This document shows positions 19,242 to 30,039 of a DNA stretch of 64,000 bases, one piece after another. The DNA is from a virus. Lineage: Duplodnaviria; Caudoviricetes. The stretch covers positions 765 through 64,764 of IMG/VR virus record IMGVR_UViG_2728369139_000007; one strand, 5' to 3'. Under the pieces are notes generated by a model. It had not been told where the DNA came from, ran no database searches, and saw nothing but the letters and a program-made list of their open reading frames with translations. The translations under genes and the position numbers were made by a program. Every line of letters begins with the position of its first letter. Positions within the stretch are counted from its first letter, which is position 1.

Positions 19242-19321
19242 TGTGTATTTTCCCCTTTTTAGCCAAACAAAAAGAGCACCGTCTTTTGACAATGCTCTCT
19301 CCTTATGTAAGGCGTATATTT

Positions 19322-19819
19322 TTATTTGGTAGTATGTTTTTCTTTTCTTGCATCGGACCTTTGGATTTTCGCCTGGATTTCGGATGCTACACTCTCTAAT
19401 AACCATGCCGGAATCCATCTTCCCCAACCAATTCGTGCGCAATTTGCAGCAAAACTATTAAAAATGTGATAACTTAATCCACCAACTACCATGAAGAAAA
19501 AGTAATCGGGTAGTTTAAGAGCGATATCAAATAAATGTGCAAGAGCCGGCAATGATAAAAGCACCACGGTTCTCGTGATGCCCTCAATTCCATATTGTGA
19601 TGAGTATGTGCCATCTATTTTTGAAGCTTTACTACCAGTAATCCAGTCCAACATGATAATCCAGCAGTAGATTCCAATCCAAATTACATTCGCCTTACCA
19701 TATAGCAAATTAATTGCTGTTCCTAGTCCTCCGCCTATAATGCCACCTACTTTAAATTGAGTACTTGTAATAACATCGGCTATATTTAATGACTTGATGA
19801 GTTCGTGAATTCGTTCCAA
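19322..19819 (-). CDS. Phage holin (holin_4_1-like)
   Basis: TM helices, LDWITG motif, AGGAGG RBS with TTG start, upstream of endolysin. Confidence 0.8.
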   Translation of the reverse strand: MERIHELIKSLNIADVITSTQFKVGGIIGGGLGTAINLLYGKANVIWIGIYCWIIMLDWITGSKASKIDGTYSSQYGIEGITRTVVLLSLPALAHLFDIALKLPDYFFFMVVGGLSYHIFNSFAANCARIGWGRWIPAWLLESVASEIQAKIQRSDARKEKHTTK

Positions 19820-19888
19820 GTTCTCACCTCCTTTCAAATTTTGGCCAAAATAAAAAAGCCTGCTGCAGCACGCTCGGTTTTGATAAAG

Positions 19889-20206
19889 TTATATGTTCAT
19901 TTTCTTCCATGCATATTCCAGTGGTTCAGTTCGTGGCGGTTTCATTACTTCTTTTTCAGAAGTTCCTCTCTTACCTTGAGATAAATTGTGCATAACACCT
20001 TGACGTGTGGAAATCTGTCTAATACCTGTTCGAATCCAATCATTGGGACTTAAAATAACCCCTTGATGTGTGAGAAGTTGCCTAACTCCTACATGTGAAA
20101 AATCAATTGGATTGACTATAGTACCTTGACGATGTGTATTTATTTCACGTAATCCAGCATGATATAGCGTTGTTGGAGATATGATGATACCTTGAAGTAC
20201 TGCCAT
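19889..20206 (-). CDS. Small tail-associated protein with internal QG...G(L/V/I)R repeats
   Basis: About 3.5 repeats of ~22 aa. Confidence 0.65.
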   Translation of the reverse strand: MAVLQGIIISPTTLYHAGLREINTHRQGTIVNPIDFSHVGVRQLLTHQGVILSPNDWIRTGIRQISTRQGVMHNLSQGKRGTSEKEVMKPPRTEPLEYAWKKMNI

Positions 20207-20221
20207 ATACTTACCTCCTGC

Positions 20222-21160
20222 TTATTCGATCCGTAAAGCTACAGCATATTCACCAAATGAATTGTATTGTCCACTTATACTTGGATTAGCCGTATAAAAT
20301 AACTTGTATTTCTGAACTTCATTATTCTCCATCACTTCTACAATATCACCATAAATAAAACCACTTCCTTTGTATATGTAAAAGCCATCGTATTTCCCTC
20401 TGAATCCATCATTCGAATCCCCAAAATACAGTGGTGTAAAAACTATCTTCCCTTCATTAGATGGTACTTTTAAAAAAACCTTGTCCCAATAGAAGGTGTA
20501 ATTTCCAGCAGAAGTAGATGGAGAGCCATAAAATTTACTTCTATCAGTTACATGTACACAGGCATTTCTAACTGCTCCAGCACTTAATAAAACTCCAAAG
20601 GGATATGAATAAGGTGAAAATAATTCGGGTTGGTAGTATTCGTCTGGAAGACCTATAAAACCAATCGTTGTCTTTCCTTTGTGAGATGGGAATTCATCAT
20701 CATTCGCATATACACAATAAATGACAGTATCTTTATCGACGTATAGATATAAATCAACCATATATTTTTCAAAATTTAAAATGGTCGTTCCATTAGTATA
20801 GTTTGCTTTCCCATGATGGAATACTAACGGGTACCAGCTCTCTTCCCCTGTTCCCAATCCACTCTCTTTATCGTAACCTCTAATCAGTCTATAACTCCCA
20901 TCTGCACGAGTACCTTTTGGATCTCTTATATCATTATCGCTCGATAGCTGATGATTTTTAGAGGTTGAGTCATTAGGACGTAACTCAATATAATTATTTT
21001 TTGTTCCGTCATTACCTGTAGAATACATTACAAAAATATTGTCTCTGTCTGGTTTGTCAGCATTTAATTGCTGCCATCCAGCCTTTTTCATTTCATCGAT
21101 AATCTTCATAAAGACTTCTCTGCGCTCTAGTCTGTGTAACTTACAAATTTTATTTGTCAT
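20222..21160 (-). CDS. Tail/receptor-binding-associated protein
   Basis: Position in tail module; 312 aa. Confidence 0.6.
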   Translation of the reverse strand: MTNKICKLHRLERREVFMKIIDEMKKAGWQQLNADKPDRDNIFVMYSTGNDGTKNNYIELRPNDSTSKNHQLSSDNDIRDPKGTRADGSYRLIRGYDKESGLGTGEESWYPLVFHHGKANYTNGTTILNFEKYMVDLYLYVDKDTVIYCVYANDDEFPSHKGKTTIGFIGLPDEYYQPELFSPYSYPFGVLLSAGAVRNACVHVTDRSKFYGSPSTSAGNYTFYWDKVFLKVPSNEGKIVFTPLYFGDSNDGFRGKYDGFYIYKGSGFIYGDIVEVMENNEVQKYKLFYTANPSISGQYNSFGEYAVALRIE

Positions 21161-21175
21161 TTTATATGTTCCTCC

Positions 21176-21556
21176 TTAGCTTAAACGTATTGCTTTCATA
21201 GAAATATTAAAAGTGGAGTTTGCTACGCCCCTATTTTCTATATAAAGATGGACCTTGTTTGTATGATCTTTATCCTCGCAAGGAATGGCTAAAATATCAT
21301 ATGTTCTTTTTTCTGATAAACTTTTATAAATTTGATTCCCATTCTCTTTTTGGTCGTACATAAATAGCATTGCTTCAACGTTTGAATCATTTGTAACTTG
21401 AATCGTACGAATATCGTATTTGTTACAACCTACATCCAATGGAGTATATAGAGTTTTTCCTGGTTCAATTGTAATTTGTACATTCCTCTCAATAAGGATT
21501 GATGGTGTAATCTCACTTTCGGATGTATATCTAAATAATTTCATTACAGTTCCCAT
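21176..21556 (-). CDS. Tail module protein
   Basis: Gene order. Confidence 0.6.
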   Translation of the reverse strand: MGTVMKLFRYTSESEITPSILIERNVQITIEPGKTLYTPLDVGCNKYDIRTIQVTNDSNVEAMLFMYDQKENGNQIYKSLSEKRTYDILAIPCEDKDHTNKVHLYIENRGVANSTFNISMKAIRLS

Positions 21557-21568
21557 ATGGTATTCACC

Positions 21569-23566
21569 TCAATTATGTTTTAGATGAATATTAAAATAAA
21601 TTGGTTCAAATGCTATGAAGTTTGTATCCTTCACAACCTTTACCCAAAAATCACGCGTACTTTGTGCGGCTACTGAATCAATCTGTATTTCATTCAAATA
21701 GTTAGTACCATCTAATGAAATAAGTGCCCAGGTGTAACCAACTTTCTCCATGTATTGCTGAATTGATAGTTTTATATTTGTAGCAGCACCGATGTTATCA
21801 TTAACGATTGTCATTTTTACAATGCGATCATTACTCACCATGTAACCTAAATTCGTTGGATCCGTTGTGTTTAATTCTGCGCTATCCATTTTGATTTGTA
21901 GGGATGAACCCATACAATACATATCCCCACCATAGAAGGTAGCTTGTTTCTTTGCTAGTAGTTCGTTTTCTTCATCATATATTTCTATGATTCCCTCAAA
22001 CTCTAAAGAAGGAAGTAGAATATCAATGCCTGTATGAGCTGCAGCTACAATGTTAGAAGACAGGATATTATCTGCAGTATCTTTTAATACAACCTTATAA
22101 TTTTCATACAGTTGGCGCAGACGTAACATATTGCTTGTTGTCATAATAATTTTATTGATGTCTAGCGGTACAAATCCCTCTGCAGTTCCTCTTTTTAGAA
22201 CAACACCAATTCGTTTTGCTGCTAATGAATCGTTATCCGTATAATCAAAAAATGTATCTGTCTTTGTGTAAAAGTCCCATTGATCTTCCTTGCATATTGC
22301 CATCCACTCTTTATTGCTTCGTGAACTATTAGCAGAATAGGATTCAAGGAACTCGACTTTATTCTTTTCATTTTGATAGATCAGTAAGCCGCCTTCATCT
22401 CCTTCTTTTGTAGGAGCATAATCCGCAATAACCTGGATTGCAAAGTTACTTTGTGGTTTATCGATTAGCAGCATAACATCTTTATCTGCAGAATGATTCA
22501 TACGTAGGAACCCTTTTTTAACAGCATTGTTAAATGCATTTGATGGCGACATAAGCCATTTGGGATTTACGGAATCAAAATCATCTACAAATATTTTTCC
22601 ACTTTCTTTTTCGTATAATGATACTTTTGTTTTTTTGTTGGAATCATAAGGTAGCAATTCTCCTGTATCGTTAATATCGATTGCATCAAACGTTAATGGA
22701 TAAAGTGACGTAGTTCCAGATTTAATAACGACTGTGTGAACTCCTTCCACTAAATCTGTTTTTTCATAAACCAGTGTTTGATATTGAATTTGAGGACCTT
22801 GTTCACTATAGATATCTTCTTTACCGTCTATTGTTACCTTAATATCGCTGCTTCGATGCTTAGGTTCATGAATACAACCAATAATTCTAAGTTTTGTTCC
22901 GAAAAAATTGAATTGTATTTCTCCTGACCCACCTTGAACAAAATTGAATGTATTGTTATACCATTCGGGAGTAATGCCCGACGACCACCAATCACCTAAA
23001 TATTTAAAGGACTTATCAGTATCATCAAATCGCTTCCATCCAGGTTCTGGTTTTTTTAACACATCACCGACTTTAGCACCTAAATCTGCGTAATCAATAG
23101 CAGCTAAAAATGTATAAAAAACTCCTGGCTTCCCTGGTGGTAAAGCTAGGCCCTTTGCTGTAACAGTAACGATATGCTCGCCTTTCACTAAATCTAGTTT
23201 TTCAAAACAAACGTGGAAAGATTTAGAGGTAGCGGGGACTGAACCCACAAATTTATTCCCATCAATACTAACTTCAATGTTAAATTTGTGGTCAGCCCAC
23301 CTTTTAAGCATTATGCGTAAAGCCGTTCCAGTAAACTTAAACGAAAATGAGCGCCCCGTATCTCTCCCTACAAACCAGGCACTTTCATTAATAAGATCTC
23401 TATCATCGCCCACTACATCCCATTTTCCATCCTGTTCAGTATTAGTGCCATATAGTGGCACGTCATAAAAAAACTTACCTGGACCTACATTTGCTAAACT
23501 ACAATACTTTCGAGTCCAACCGGATTCAGGGTTTAGTAGACTATTACCTAATTGGGGTGTTGCCAT
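21569..23566 (-). CDS. Putative receptor-binding protein with two tandem beta-sandwich (CBM-like) repeats
   Basis: Duplicated LxxPExGWxR...FxFxGTxLRI...IDG...GxHxV module. Confidence 0.65.
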   Translation of the reverse strand: MATPQLGNSLLNPESGWTRKYCSLANVGPGKFFYDVPLYGTNTEQDGKWDVVGDDRDLINESAWFVGRDTGRSFSFKFTGTALRIMLKRWADHKFNIEVSIDGNKFVGSVPATSKSFHVCFEKLDLVKGEHIVTVTAKGLALPPGKPGVFYTFLAAIDYADLGAKVGDVLKKPEPGWKRFDDTDKSFKYLGDWWSSGITPEWYNNTFNFVQGGSGEIQFNFFGTKLRIIGCIHEPKHRSSDIKVTIDGKEDIYSEQGPQIQYQTLVYEKTDLVEGVHTVVIKSGTTSLYPLTFDAIDINDTGELLPYDSNKKTKVSLYEKESGKIFVDDFDSVNPKWLMSPSNAFNNAVKKGFLRMNHSADKDVMLLIDKPQSNFAIQVIADYAPTKEGDEGGLLIYQNEKNKVEFLESYSANSSRSNKEWMAICKEDQWDFYTKTDTFFDYTDNDSLAAKRIGVVLKRGTAEGFVPLDINKIIMTTSNMLRLRQLYENYKVVLKDTADNILSSNIVAAAHTGIDILLPSLEFEGIIEIYDEENELLAKKQATFYGGDMYCMGSSLQIKMDSAELNTTDPTNLGYMVSNDRIVKMTIVNDNIGAATNIKLSIQQYMEKVGYTWALISLDGTNYLNEIQIDSVAAQSTRDFWVKVVKDTNFIAFEPIYFNIHLKHN

Positions 23567-23581
23567 TCCATCACCTTCCCT

Positions 23582-26095
23582 TTATCTCGTTTTCTTCCAA
23601 TTTGAATTTGTCCACCAAGATTGGCGACTATGTCGCAGCCATAATTTCGGATCATCATTCTCTTTTTCAATAACTATTAATTCATCTGGTTTTTCTGTAT
23701 CTAGTACTCTCTCAAGCTTGAATAGTTCATTATCCTCTAAAACTGATTCTCGTTCTGGTGTCCGTTCAAAGCGCCCATAGTCCTCTGTAATGATTTCTAC
23801 TGTATGTTTCCTATCAAACGTATCTAATTCATTAGTAACGGCTTCTACGCTAGCCTGTCGCTCTAATAATTCATGTTCCCTAACGATTGCATATCGTTCA
23901 GATTCCCTTGCTGCATCTACAGTTTCAATTACATTTGTATCTGTTGTTATAACTTCTTTATCCGCTGGTGTTATATCAGAAATAATTCCACCATCAAATT
24001 TACGTATAAAGTCAAAGGACTCTTGCTCTGTAATAAGCGCTTGTTGGGTAGCCTGTTTATAAGAAATGTCTAGAGTTATATGTTCAGCATCTAAGGTAAC
24101 TGGAACGATGTCAGCAGCCACTTCTTCAATTACTGCAGTTGTATGTTCTTTCATTGCTTTTTCAGATTCAATTGTTTGATCTAGTTTCATTTGCATCACA
24201 TTTAATGATTTAGATGAATCATTAAGTAAGGCAATACGTGTTTCTAGTTCTTTTTGAACACGGCCGAACAAATCGAATTCTGGAAGATATACGGGAATAC
24301 CAAGGCCCTCAAATAAATCAAACTCTTCTATGGTAGCTTGTAATTCTTTTTCTGTTTTATTGGAAACTTCATCAGTATCTACATGGGTAATAATTAAGCG
24401 TTCTTTTAATCCGAATGAAGAAATTTCATCTACATGTGTAAGTACTGCAGTATCTTCTTTATCAGCATGATCTATTTCAACCACGGTTGCTTGTAACTCG
24501 TTTTTCGCTTCTGCAAAAGTTACGTCTGGCGATACGCCTTGTAATTCTTTTACGATGCGGTGAGAATAATCTGCTTCAGCAATGCCAGCATTTACTTCAT
24601 GTAATCTCTCTGCTTCTTCTGTAACAACTGTCTGGATAACGAATATGTTTTGTGACTTATTTGCATCGTCAGTTACGGAAATATCTTTAACGGATAACAC
24701 CCGTGAAGCATTTTCACCTTCCTGTCCGGATTCTATGGCTGCAGTAAATACATTTTCTTTATTTGCTAACTCTGGTTGATCGGCATAAACAGAATCAAGT
24801 GTTTCTACAATCCGTTCAAAAGTGTGTGTTGTATCTATACTTGCATACTGTTCTTTTGTTCTTGTAAATGATGCAGATTCATTTCTTTCAGAACCAAATA
24901 CATTTATTTTCTTATTTACTTCATCATTTGCAATAACATCTGCAGCAAGTTCTTTTGTTCGAATAGAGTGATCTATGTTAATTTGCTCTACATCTATGTC
25001 ACGAATCAAATACGCCCTTTCAATATCTTCATAAGGAAGCAGGTCCACATTTTCTATTTCTTCTACGCGACTCAACTCATATTGTTTAGCAATAGATGTT
25101 TCAATATCTCTTTGCATACGAGCAAATAAATTATAATCCGGAAGATAAACCGGCATACCCATTCCATCGAATAAATCAAATTCTTCAATAATCCCTTTAA
25201 CTTCTCGCTCTTTCGTACCGATTTCGAATTGTGTCGGAGCATGAAGAAGGATATCTTTTCGCTGCATATCACCAGTTTCATTTTCTGCAATGGATACAGG
25301 GAACATATTTGGAACTGCAGTAGATAAAGTAACTTCTTCGTCTGTAGCTTGTAATTCTCTGGTTACAATCTCGCTTGCTTCATTATGCATTGATACAGCT
25401 TCATAATCCTTTGTAACTCTGTCGGCCATAAGATCATTATAAAAACCTTCACCGTATACAATACGAGCAACATTTACCCATTCCGGTAATACTTCCACAC
25501 CTGCAGCAAATTCACGTAATGTTTCCTTTAGTAAATCCTGCTTGATGATTGGTGCAGCTTCATACTCATTTGTTATATGATTCGTTGCATCAGAAGCGTG
25601 TACCATTGTTTCCATCTCATTTGGTCTTTCGCTCTCTACCCCTTCGATATGGTTTATATCGAAAATTCGTCCATGTTGTGATGATTCTGCAGCTGAAATA
25701 AGTTGAACAGAAACACTGTCAATCCGTTGTGAATGCTGCATTTCAATGTTGGCCACATTTATATTTCGATTTAATTCAAAATCAGTTGTATTTGAAATAT
25801 AAGCTTCTACCTCTATTTGTCGCAAAGCATTCTCTACAACATCTGTTAAAATCCCTTTTGCTCTTACTTTTGTAGCGGTTACCCCTGCGTTATCTTCTTT
25901 AACAGCTTTATATCTCGCATAAGTTGCAATACAAACTGGATAATCAACATCATTTTTATTTTCTGTATTCGTTGGTGTAATAGAAAAAGAATAAAATTTT
26001 TCGTTTTGATCTGGTCCAGAACCAACGACAACAACATGACTTTTTTCTTTGGTACATATAGAAGGGGAAGCAATAGAATAAACTTTTTCACTCAT
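23582..26095 (-). CDS. Large acidic repetitive tail protein
   Basis: 837 aa; duplicated IEEFDLFxGxGxPVYLP motif. Confidence 0.65.
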   Translation of the reverse strand: MSEKVYSIASPSICTKEKSHVVVVGSGPDQNEKFYSFSITPTNTENKNDVDYPVCIATYARYKAVKEDNAGVTATKVRAKGILTDVVENALRQIEVEAYISNTTDFELNRNINVANIEMQHSQRIDSVSVQLISAAESSQHGRIFDINHIEGVESERPNEMETMVHASDATNHITNEYEAAPIIKQDLLKETLREFAAGVEVLPEWVNVARIVYGEGFYNDLMADRVTKDYEAVSMHNEASEIVTRELQATDEEVTLSTAVPNMFPVSIAENETGDMQRKDILLHAPTQFEIGTKEREVKGIIEEFDLFDGMGMPVYLPDYNLFARMQRDIETSIAKQYELSRVEEIENVDLLPYEDIERAYLIRDIDVEQINIDHSIRTKELAADVIANDEVNKKINVFGSERNESASFTRTKEQYASIDTTHTFERIVETLDSVYADQPELANKENVFTAAIESGQEGENASRVLSVKDISVTDDANKSQNIFVIQTVVTEEAERLHEVNAGIAEADYSHRIVKELQGVSPDVTFAEAKNELQATVVEIDHADKEDTAVLTHVDEISSFGLKERLIITHVDTDEVSNKTEKELQATIEEFDLFEGLGIPVYLPEFDLFGRVQKELETRIALLNDSSKSLNVMQMKLDQTIESEKAMKEHTTAVIEEVAADIVPVTLDAEHITLDISYKQATQQALITEQESFDFIRKFDGGIISDITPADKEVITTDTNVIETVDAARESERYAIVREHELLERQASVEAVTNELDTFDRKHTVEIITEDYGRFERTPERESVLEDNELFKLERVLDTEKPDELIVIEKENDDPKLWLRHSRQSWWTNSNWKKTR

Positions 26096-26116
26096 TCTTC
26101 TGCTACCCCCTTATGC

Positions 26117-27853
26117 TTAAATATCTTCTTTGTAGATTGCTAAACCAATTGGATTAAATGGTGTTGCTTTCGCTTGTGTCATAGGACAAACCGGCGTTGT
26201 TGGTAATGTGTAACGATATAATTGGGACATTTCATAAGCACCTGTGATTTCAGAACCAATAACCGGTGCTTCGTTAAATGTAACGGTCTTATCTTCTGCA
26301 TTGTATACATAATCCGCTTTTTCTACTTCTTTACATGAAATGAATAGTCTTAACGTTTCACCCTTCGGTTTATGTTCTAAATGAAATACTTTACGGTGGC
26401 CGTCGCCTTGCCCAAGTACTTCATCTACAACTGTTTTTTCAATTTCTAATTCATCTGCTTGCTGGATGTTTTTCGGATGAACTGCATATACATCATCAAG
26501 CTTCCCTACATATCCATCGTTCGGATGAACAATATAAATTTGAGATAAATGGTATTTACCACTATAAACAGATGGATTAAAACGCCCTTGGCCACTATCC
26601 ACCGACATATCATGTGTAATGAAAGCTAAATAATGATGTTGGTACATTGCACCTGTACTTGATTGTGATAATTGAACCGTTTCGTTTCCATTCGATGTAT
26701 CAGAGCCATAATCGAGTGGAGCATTACCAATCTTCTTATTAGGAGCATATGCAAATTGGTCGCCAGGTCTGCAACCACTTAAAATAACCATGTTTTTTCT
26801 TGGTGCAACATCGAATGTATATAGTTTTCCAATATATAACGGAACGAATAATGCACGAACTGGATTTGGTGTTGGATCTACACGCATAAACATAATTAAG
26901 CGGTCCTTGTTTGCGTTCCCATACAGATAAACAACAGAGTCACGATTCAATTCTTTAGAGAAACGCTGTTCTGGTGTAAAACTAATCGATGTATAAGGGG
27001 ATGGATTTACAAAGTTAATTGTCGAATATACTTCCCCCATAATGCTCTCCATCTTTTGTACATCAAAGCTTGTTTTTGCGGTTAATGCATCCAGTGTCCC
27101 GTCTTCTTTTGGTAATAAGAAATAAATACCGCTAATCTTAATTGTTGTGTCTGCTGCAGGTGCAGTTTTAAATACAACTTCTTTTTCAGTGAACGAGTAC
27201 TCACTAGGGTCAACAATAATATTATTCTTGTAAACTACGGTTCTGCTTTCATCGAAGTTAGGGAATGGGAATGCAAAGTTCTTTTTCGTTCCATCGCCTT
27301 TTCCTAATTCACCTAATTTATCACCGGAAAGGATCTCTTTTTCGATGAAATATCGATTGAAAGTGAATAGCAGCATATCATTATTCGGTTCATATGTGTT
27401 GGTAGCTAATCTGTATTCGCACGTTACTTTATCGCCTTTCGCAATAGCAGTAGTGAATGTTACTTTACCAGTAGTTGCATCTACCTTATATTTACTCTTT
27501 TCTTGCTCAAACCCATTTACATATACAATTACAGAAGGGCCAAGAACAGGGAAAACAGGAATGGAGAAGTCTTTCTTCACTCCATCACCCATCCCTAATT
27601 TACCAAGTGGAGAATCTGCAGAAATAAACCGGCTATCAGTGAAATCAGAATCAGCAGTATCATACGCATTTGCAATACCGAATCTTCTACGTTCTCCATC
27701 ACTTCCTAACGATTCAAACAACCTTACATCGATAAATTTTGAAATACCGCTCTTGATTTGGAAAAATAGCGTTCGTTTCCAACCGTTATCAGCAAATAGT
27801 TTCTCTAATTCTTGCGGTAATGTTTGTAGATATACGACTTTATCAAACCACAT
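26117..27853 (-). CDS. Tail/baseplate protein with three LGxGDGxxKxF Ig-like repeats
   Basis: LGMGDGVKKDF, LGKGDGTKKNF, LGQGDGHRKVF. Confidence 0.65.
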   Translation of the reverse strand: MWFDKVVYLQTLPQELEKLFADNGWKRTLFFQIKSGISKFIDVRLFESLGSDGERRRFGIANAYDTADSDFTDSRFISADSPLGKLGMGDGVKKDFSIPVFPVLGPSVIVYVNGFEQEKSKYKVDATTGKVTFTTAIAKGDKVTCEYRLATNTYEPNNDMLLFTFNRYFIEKEILSGDKLGELGKGDGTKKNFAFPFPNFDESRTVVYKNNIIVDPSEYSFTEKEVVFKTAPAADTTIKISGIYFLLPKEDGTLDALTAKTSFDVQKMESIMGEVYSTINFVNPSPYTSISFTPEQRFSKELNRDSVVYLYGNANKDRLIMFMRVDPTPNPVRALFVPLYIGKLYTFDVAPRKNMVILSGCRPGDQFAYAPNKKIGNAPLDYGSDTSNGNETVQLSQSSTGAMYQHHYLAFITHDMSVDSGQGRFNPSVYSGKYHLSQIYIVHPNDGYVGKLDDVYAVHPKNIQQADELEIEKTVVDEVLGQGDGHRKVFHLEHKPKGETLRLFISCKEVEKADYVYNAEDKTVTFNEAPVIGSEITGAYEMSQLYRYTLPTTPVCPMTQAKATPFNPIGLAIYKEDI

Positions 27854-27867
27854 ATATGTACACTCCT

Positions 27868-29217
27868 TTATACTGTTTTCTCGAAAATACCTAATCCAGC
27901 AGGACGATACGCTGTAGCAGGTCTTTTTGTAATTGGTGAAATAGCATCTACATTAAAGAATTTGTAAATGTCGTGTGAATCCGGACAAGTATTCTTTCTA
28001 ACTTTTAATCTATCGCCATTTAATAGACCTAGCGGAGACAATAGGATCATATAAGGTAAATATCCACGCACACCTTCATCTGGATGAACGATATAAGCGC
28101 GAGAAGTATGTACTTTATTGCTGTAAACAGACGGATTAAATTGATATTTGTATTCGTCATTATCCTGCGATTGCCATGATAGTGAGTATTGGCCACCGTC
28201 TTTCCCTACACGATCTGGTGGCATTGCATTAGGTGCTACATTCCAGGCAATATAATGAGCCTGGTACCTTGCTCCTAATCGTGAACGTTTAATAATTACG
28301 TTATCAATACCGTTACCAGGAGATCGTGGATAAGACTTCATGACAGGCATATAATTTTCTACATTTCTATATGGTTTCGTGTCGTTAAAATCGAATTTAT
28401 GTGACGCAGCTTCATTTCCTGTATCGAATGCCGTTCCTGCCCATAATGCATCGCCTAATGTATCATCATTTGCATAACTTTCTAATTGGCCCATATACAG
28501 AGGTACAACTGGAACTACATTGTTTTCAAAAGCGGGTGTATTATCTGCTTGTATTAATAAAACAACGCGACTTTCATCAACTTGCCCATTAATCCGTACT
28601 AATGAATCCGGCCACCAATTTGTTTGAGCATCGATACCTTGTATATTTGTATTTCGTAATGTTGCTTTAATCCAAGGCGACATCATGACTTGTGTCTCTG
28701 CTTCATCGTAAGAGTAAACTTTATAAGTACCGATACCATTCGAATTTGTCTTTGTAGTAACTGTTACCTTAGTTAATTCAACGTCTAGTAATGTTTTCTC
28801 GAATTTACTAGATTCATACGGAAAAACAAGAACACCTTCATCAGCAACACTTGGCTCTTTTTCAATCATATACACATAAAAGCAAGAACGATCTCTGCCG
28901 CTTTCCATGCGCTTCTTACCGTCTTCTGCAAAAGCTTTCTTGCCTTCTTCATTTGTGAAGTTGTATTTAACCTCTGTCTTTTTAAGTGACCATTTTGAAA
29001 TTTGAGCAATTCCATAAATAGAGCCGCTATTGTTCTTTACTAACATGTGCTTACTCATGCCGAATTCAAACTTTGTATCATCGTCAGATTTCTGATCCAT
29101 ATCTGGATAAACTGCTCTGAAAAACGATTTTACTTTCTTCCATCCGTTAGCGATTACCAATTTAACAATTTCGTCTTGGAATTCGCCTTCAGTATACATT
29201 TTCTCAACGTATGCCAT
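27868..29217 (-). CDS. Tail/baseplate protein, paralogous to 26117..27853
   Basis: Shares FNPSVYSxKxHxSxxYIVHP and PLYxGxL motifs. Confidence 0.65.
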   Translation of the reverse strand: MAYVEKMYTEGEFQDEIVKLVIANGWKKVKSFFRAVYPDMDQKSDDDTKFEFGMSKHMLVKNNSGSIYGIAQISKWSLKKTEVKYNFTNEEGKKAFAEDGKKRMESGRDRSCFYVYMIEKEPSVADEGVLVFPYESSKFEKTLLDVELTKVTVTTKTNSNGIGTYKVYSYDEAETQVMMSPWIKATLRNTNIQGIDAQTNWWPDSLVRINGQVDESRVVLLIQADNTPAFENNVVPVVPLYMGQLESYANDDTLGDALWAGTAFDTGNEAASHKFDFNDTKPYRNVENYMPVMKSYPRSPGNGIDNVIIKRSRLGARYQAHYIAWNVAPNAMPPDRVGKDGGQYSLSWQSQDNDEYKYQFNPSVYSNKVHTSRAYIVHPDEGVRGYLPYMILLSPLGLLNGDRLKVRKNTCPDSHDIYKFFNVDAISPITKRPATAYRPAGLGIFEKTV

Positions 29218-29230
29218 TTATTTCACACTC

Positions 29231-29608
29231 CTAATCTCTTAATAGTTGGTAATTCATCCATATAGTTTTTTTCTCTGCGGATGCATTGTGGTATTCAAAT
29301 TTCAGCTCTGCATTAGCTGGTATAGGCTTTACAACGGAAAAATTAAATCCCTCCGGCACATCTTTTATAAAAACCTCTTCAAATATTTGTTGACCATTTA
29401 TATATAAATACCAATAGTCACTATCACTGTAATGTGAAGCAGCAACAGAAAAAGCGATCATTTCTGTTTCGAATGGTAATGAAAACTTATCTACATGAAG
29501 TTCATCATGAATGCCAACTCTGCGACCTTTTATAAATGGCTCCGTTTTTGTAGGGAAGTAAGGCGCGTCAAATCTTCCACCAGCCATGTAATTAACAGCG
29601 AAACTCAT
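29231..29608 (-). CDS. Tail module protein (paralog pair)
   Basis: AGGRxDxPxxPTKTEPF shared with next gene. Confidence 0.65.
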   Translation of the reverse strand: MSFAVNYMAGGRFDAPYFPTKTEPFIKGRRVGIHDELHVDKFSLPFETEMIAFSVAASHYSDSDYWYLYINGQQIFEEVFIKDVPEGFNFSVVKPIPANAELKFEYHNASAEKKTIWMNYQLLRD

Positions 29609-29620
29609 TATTACGCCCCC

Positions 29621-30001
29621 TTATCTTAAAAAGTGCAATGTACCCCATACCGTTTTATCGAGAATCCCTTGGTTATAGAATCGAAATACGATTGTATCTC
29701 CTGCCTTTACAGCTTTATAAACCATAAAGTGCATACCTTCTGGAAGACGTTTCATATACATATCCTGGCAAATGATCTGTCCATTTACGATTAAATCCCA
29801 TTTATCATCTAATTCATAAATGGAGGAACTAACACTAATTGCGTAAATCTCCATATCTGCAGGCAATGTATATTTCATTTCATCCGTTTTAAATGACGTA
29901 GAATCCATAATATAACCAGACATGAATGGTTCTGTTTTAGTTGGATGAAAAGGTGGATCTAATCTCCCACCGGCTAAATAAGTTGTTTCAAACAAGAGCA
30001 A
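29621..30001 (-). CDS. Tail module protein (paralog pair)
   Basis: AGGRLDPPFHPTKTEPF. Confidence 0.65.
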   Translation of the reverse strand: MLLFETTYLAGGRLDPPFHPTKTEPFMSGYIMDSTSFKTDEMKYTLPADMEIYAISVSSSIYELDDKWDLIVNGQIICQDMYMKRLPEGMHFMVYKAVKAGDTIVFRFYNQGILDKTVWGTLHFLR

Positions 30002-30039
30002 TCACCCTTTTTCGTGTATTAAAAAATTCCCGTGCATCA

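Noticed and set aside
19889-26095. Diversity-generating retroelement acting on tail genes
   Set aside because: No reverse transcriptase and no adenine-specific TR/VR pair seen; repeats are diverged protein-level duplications.
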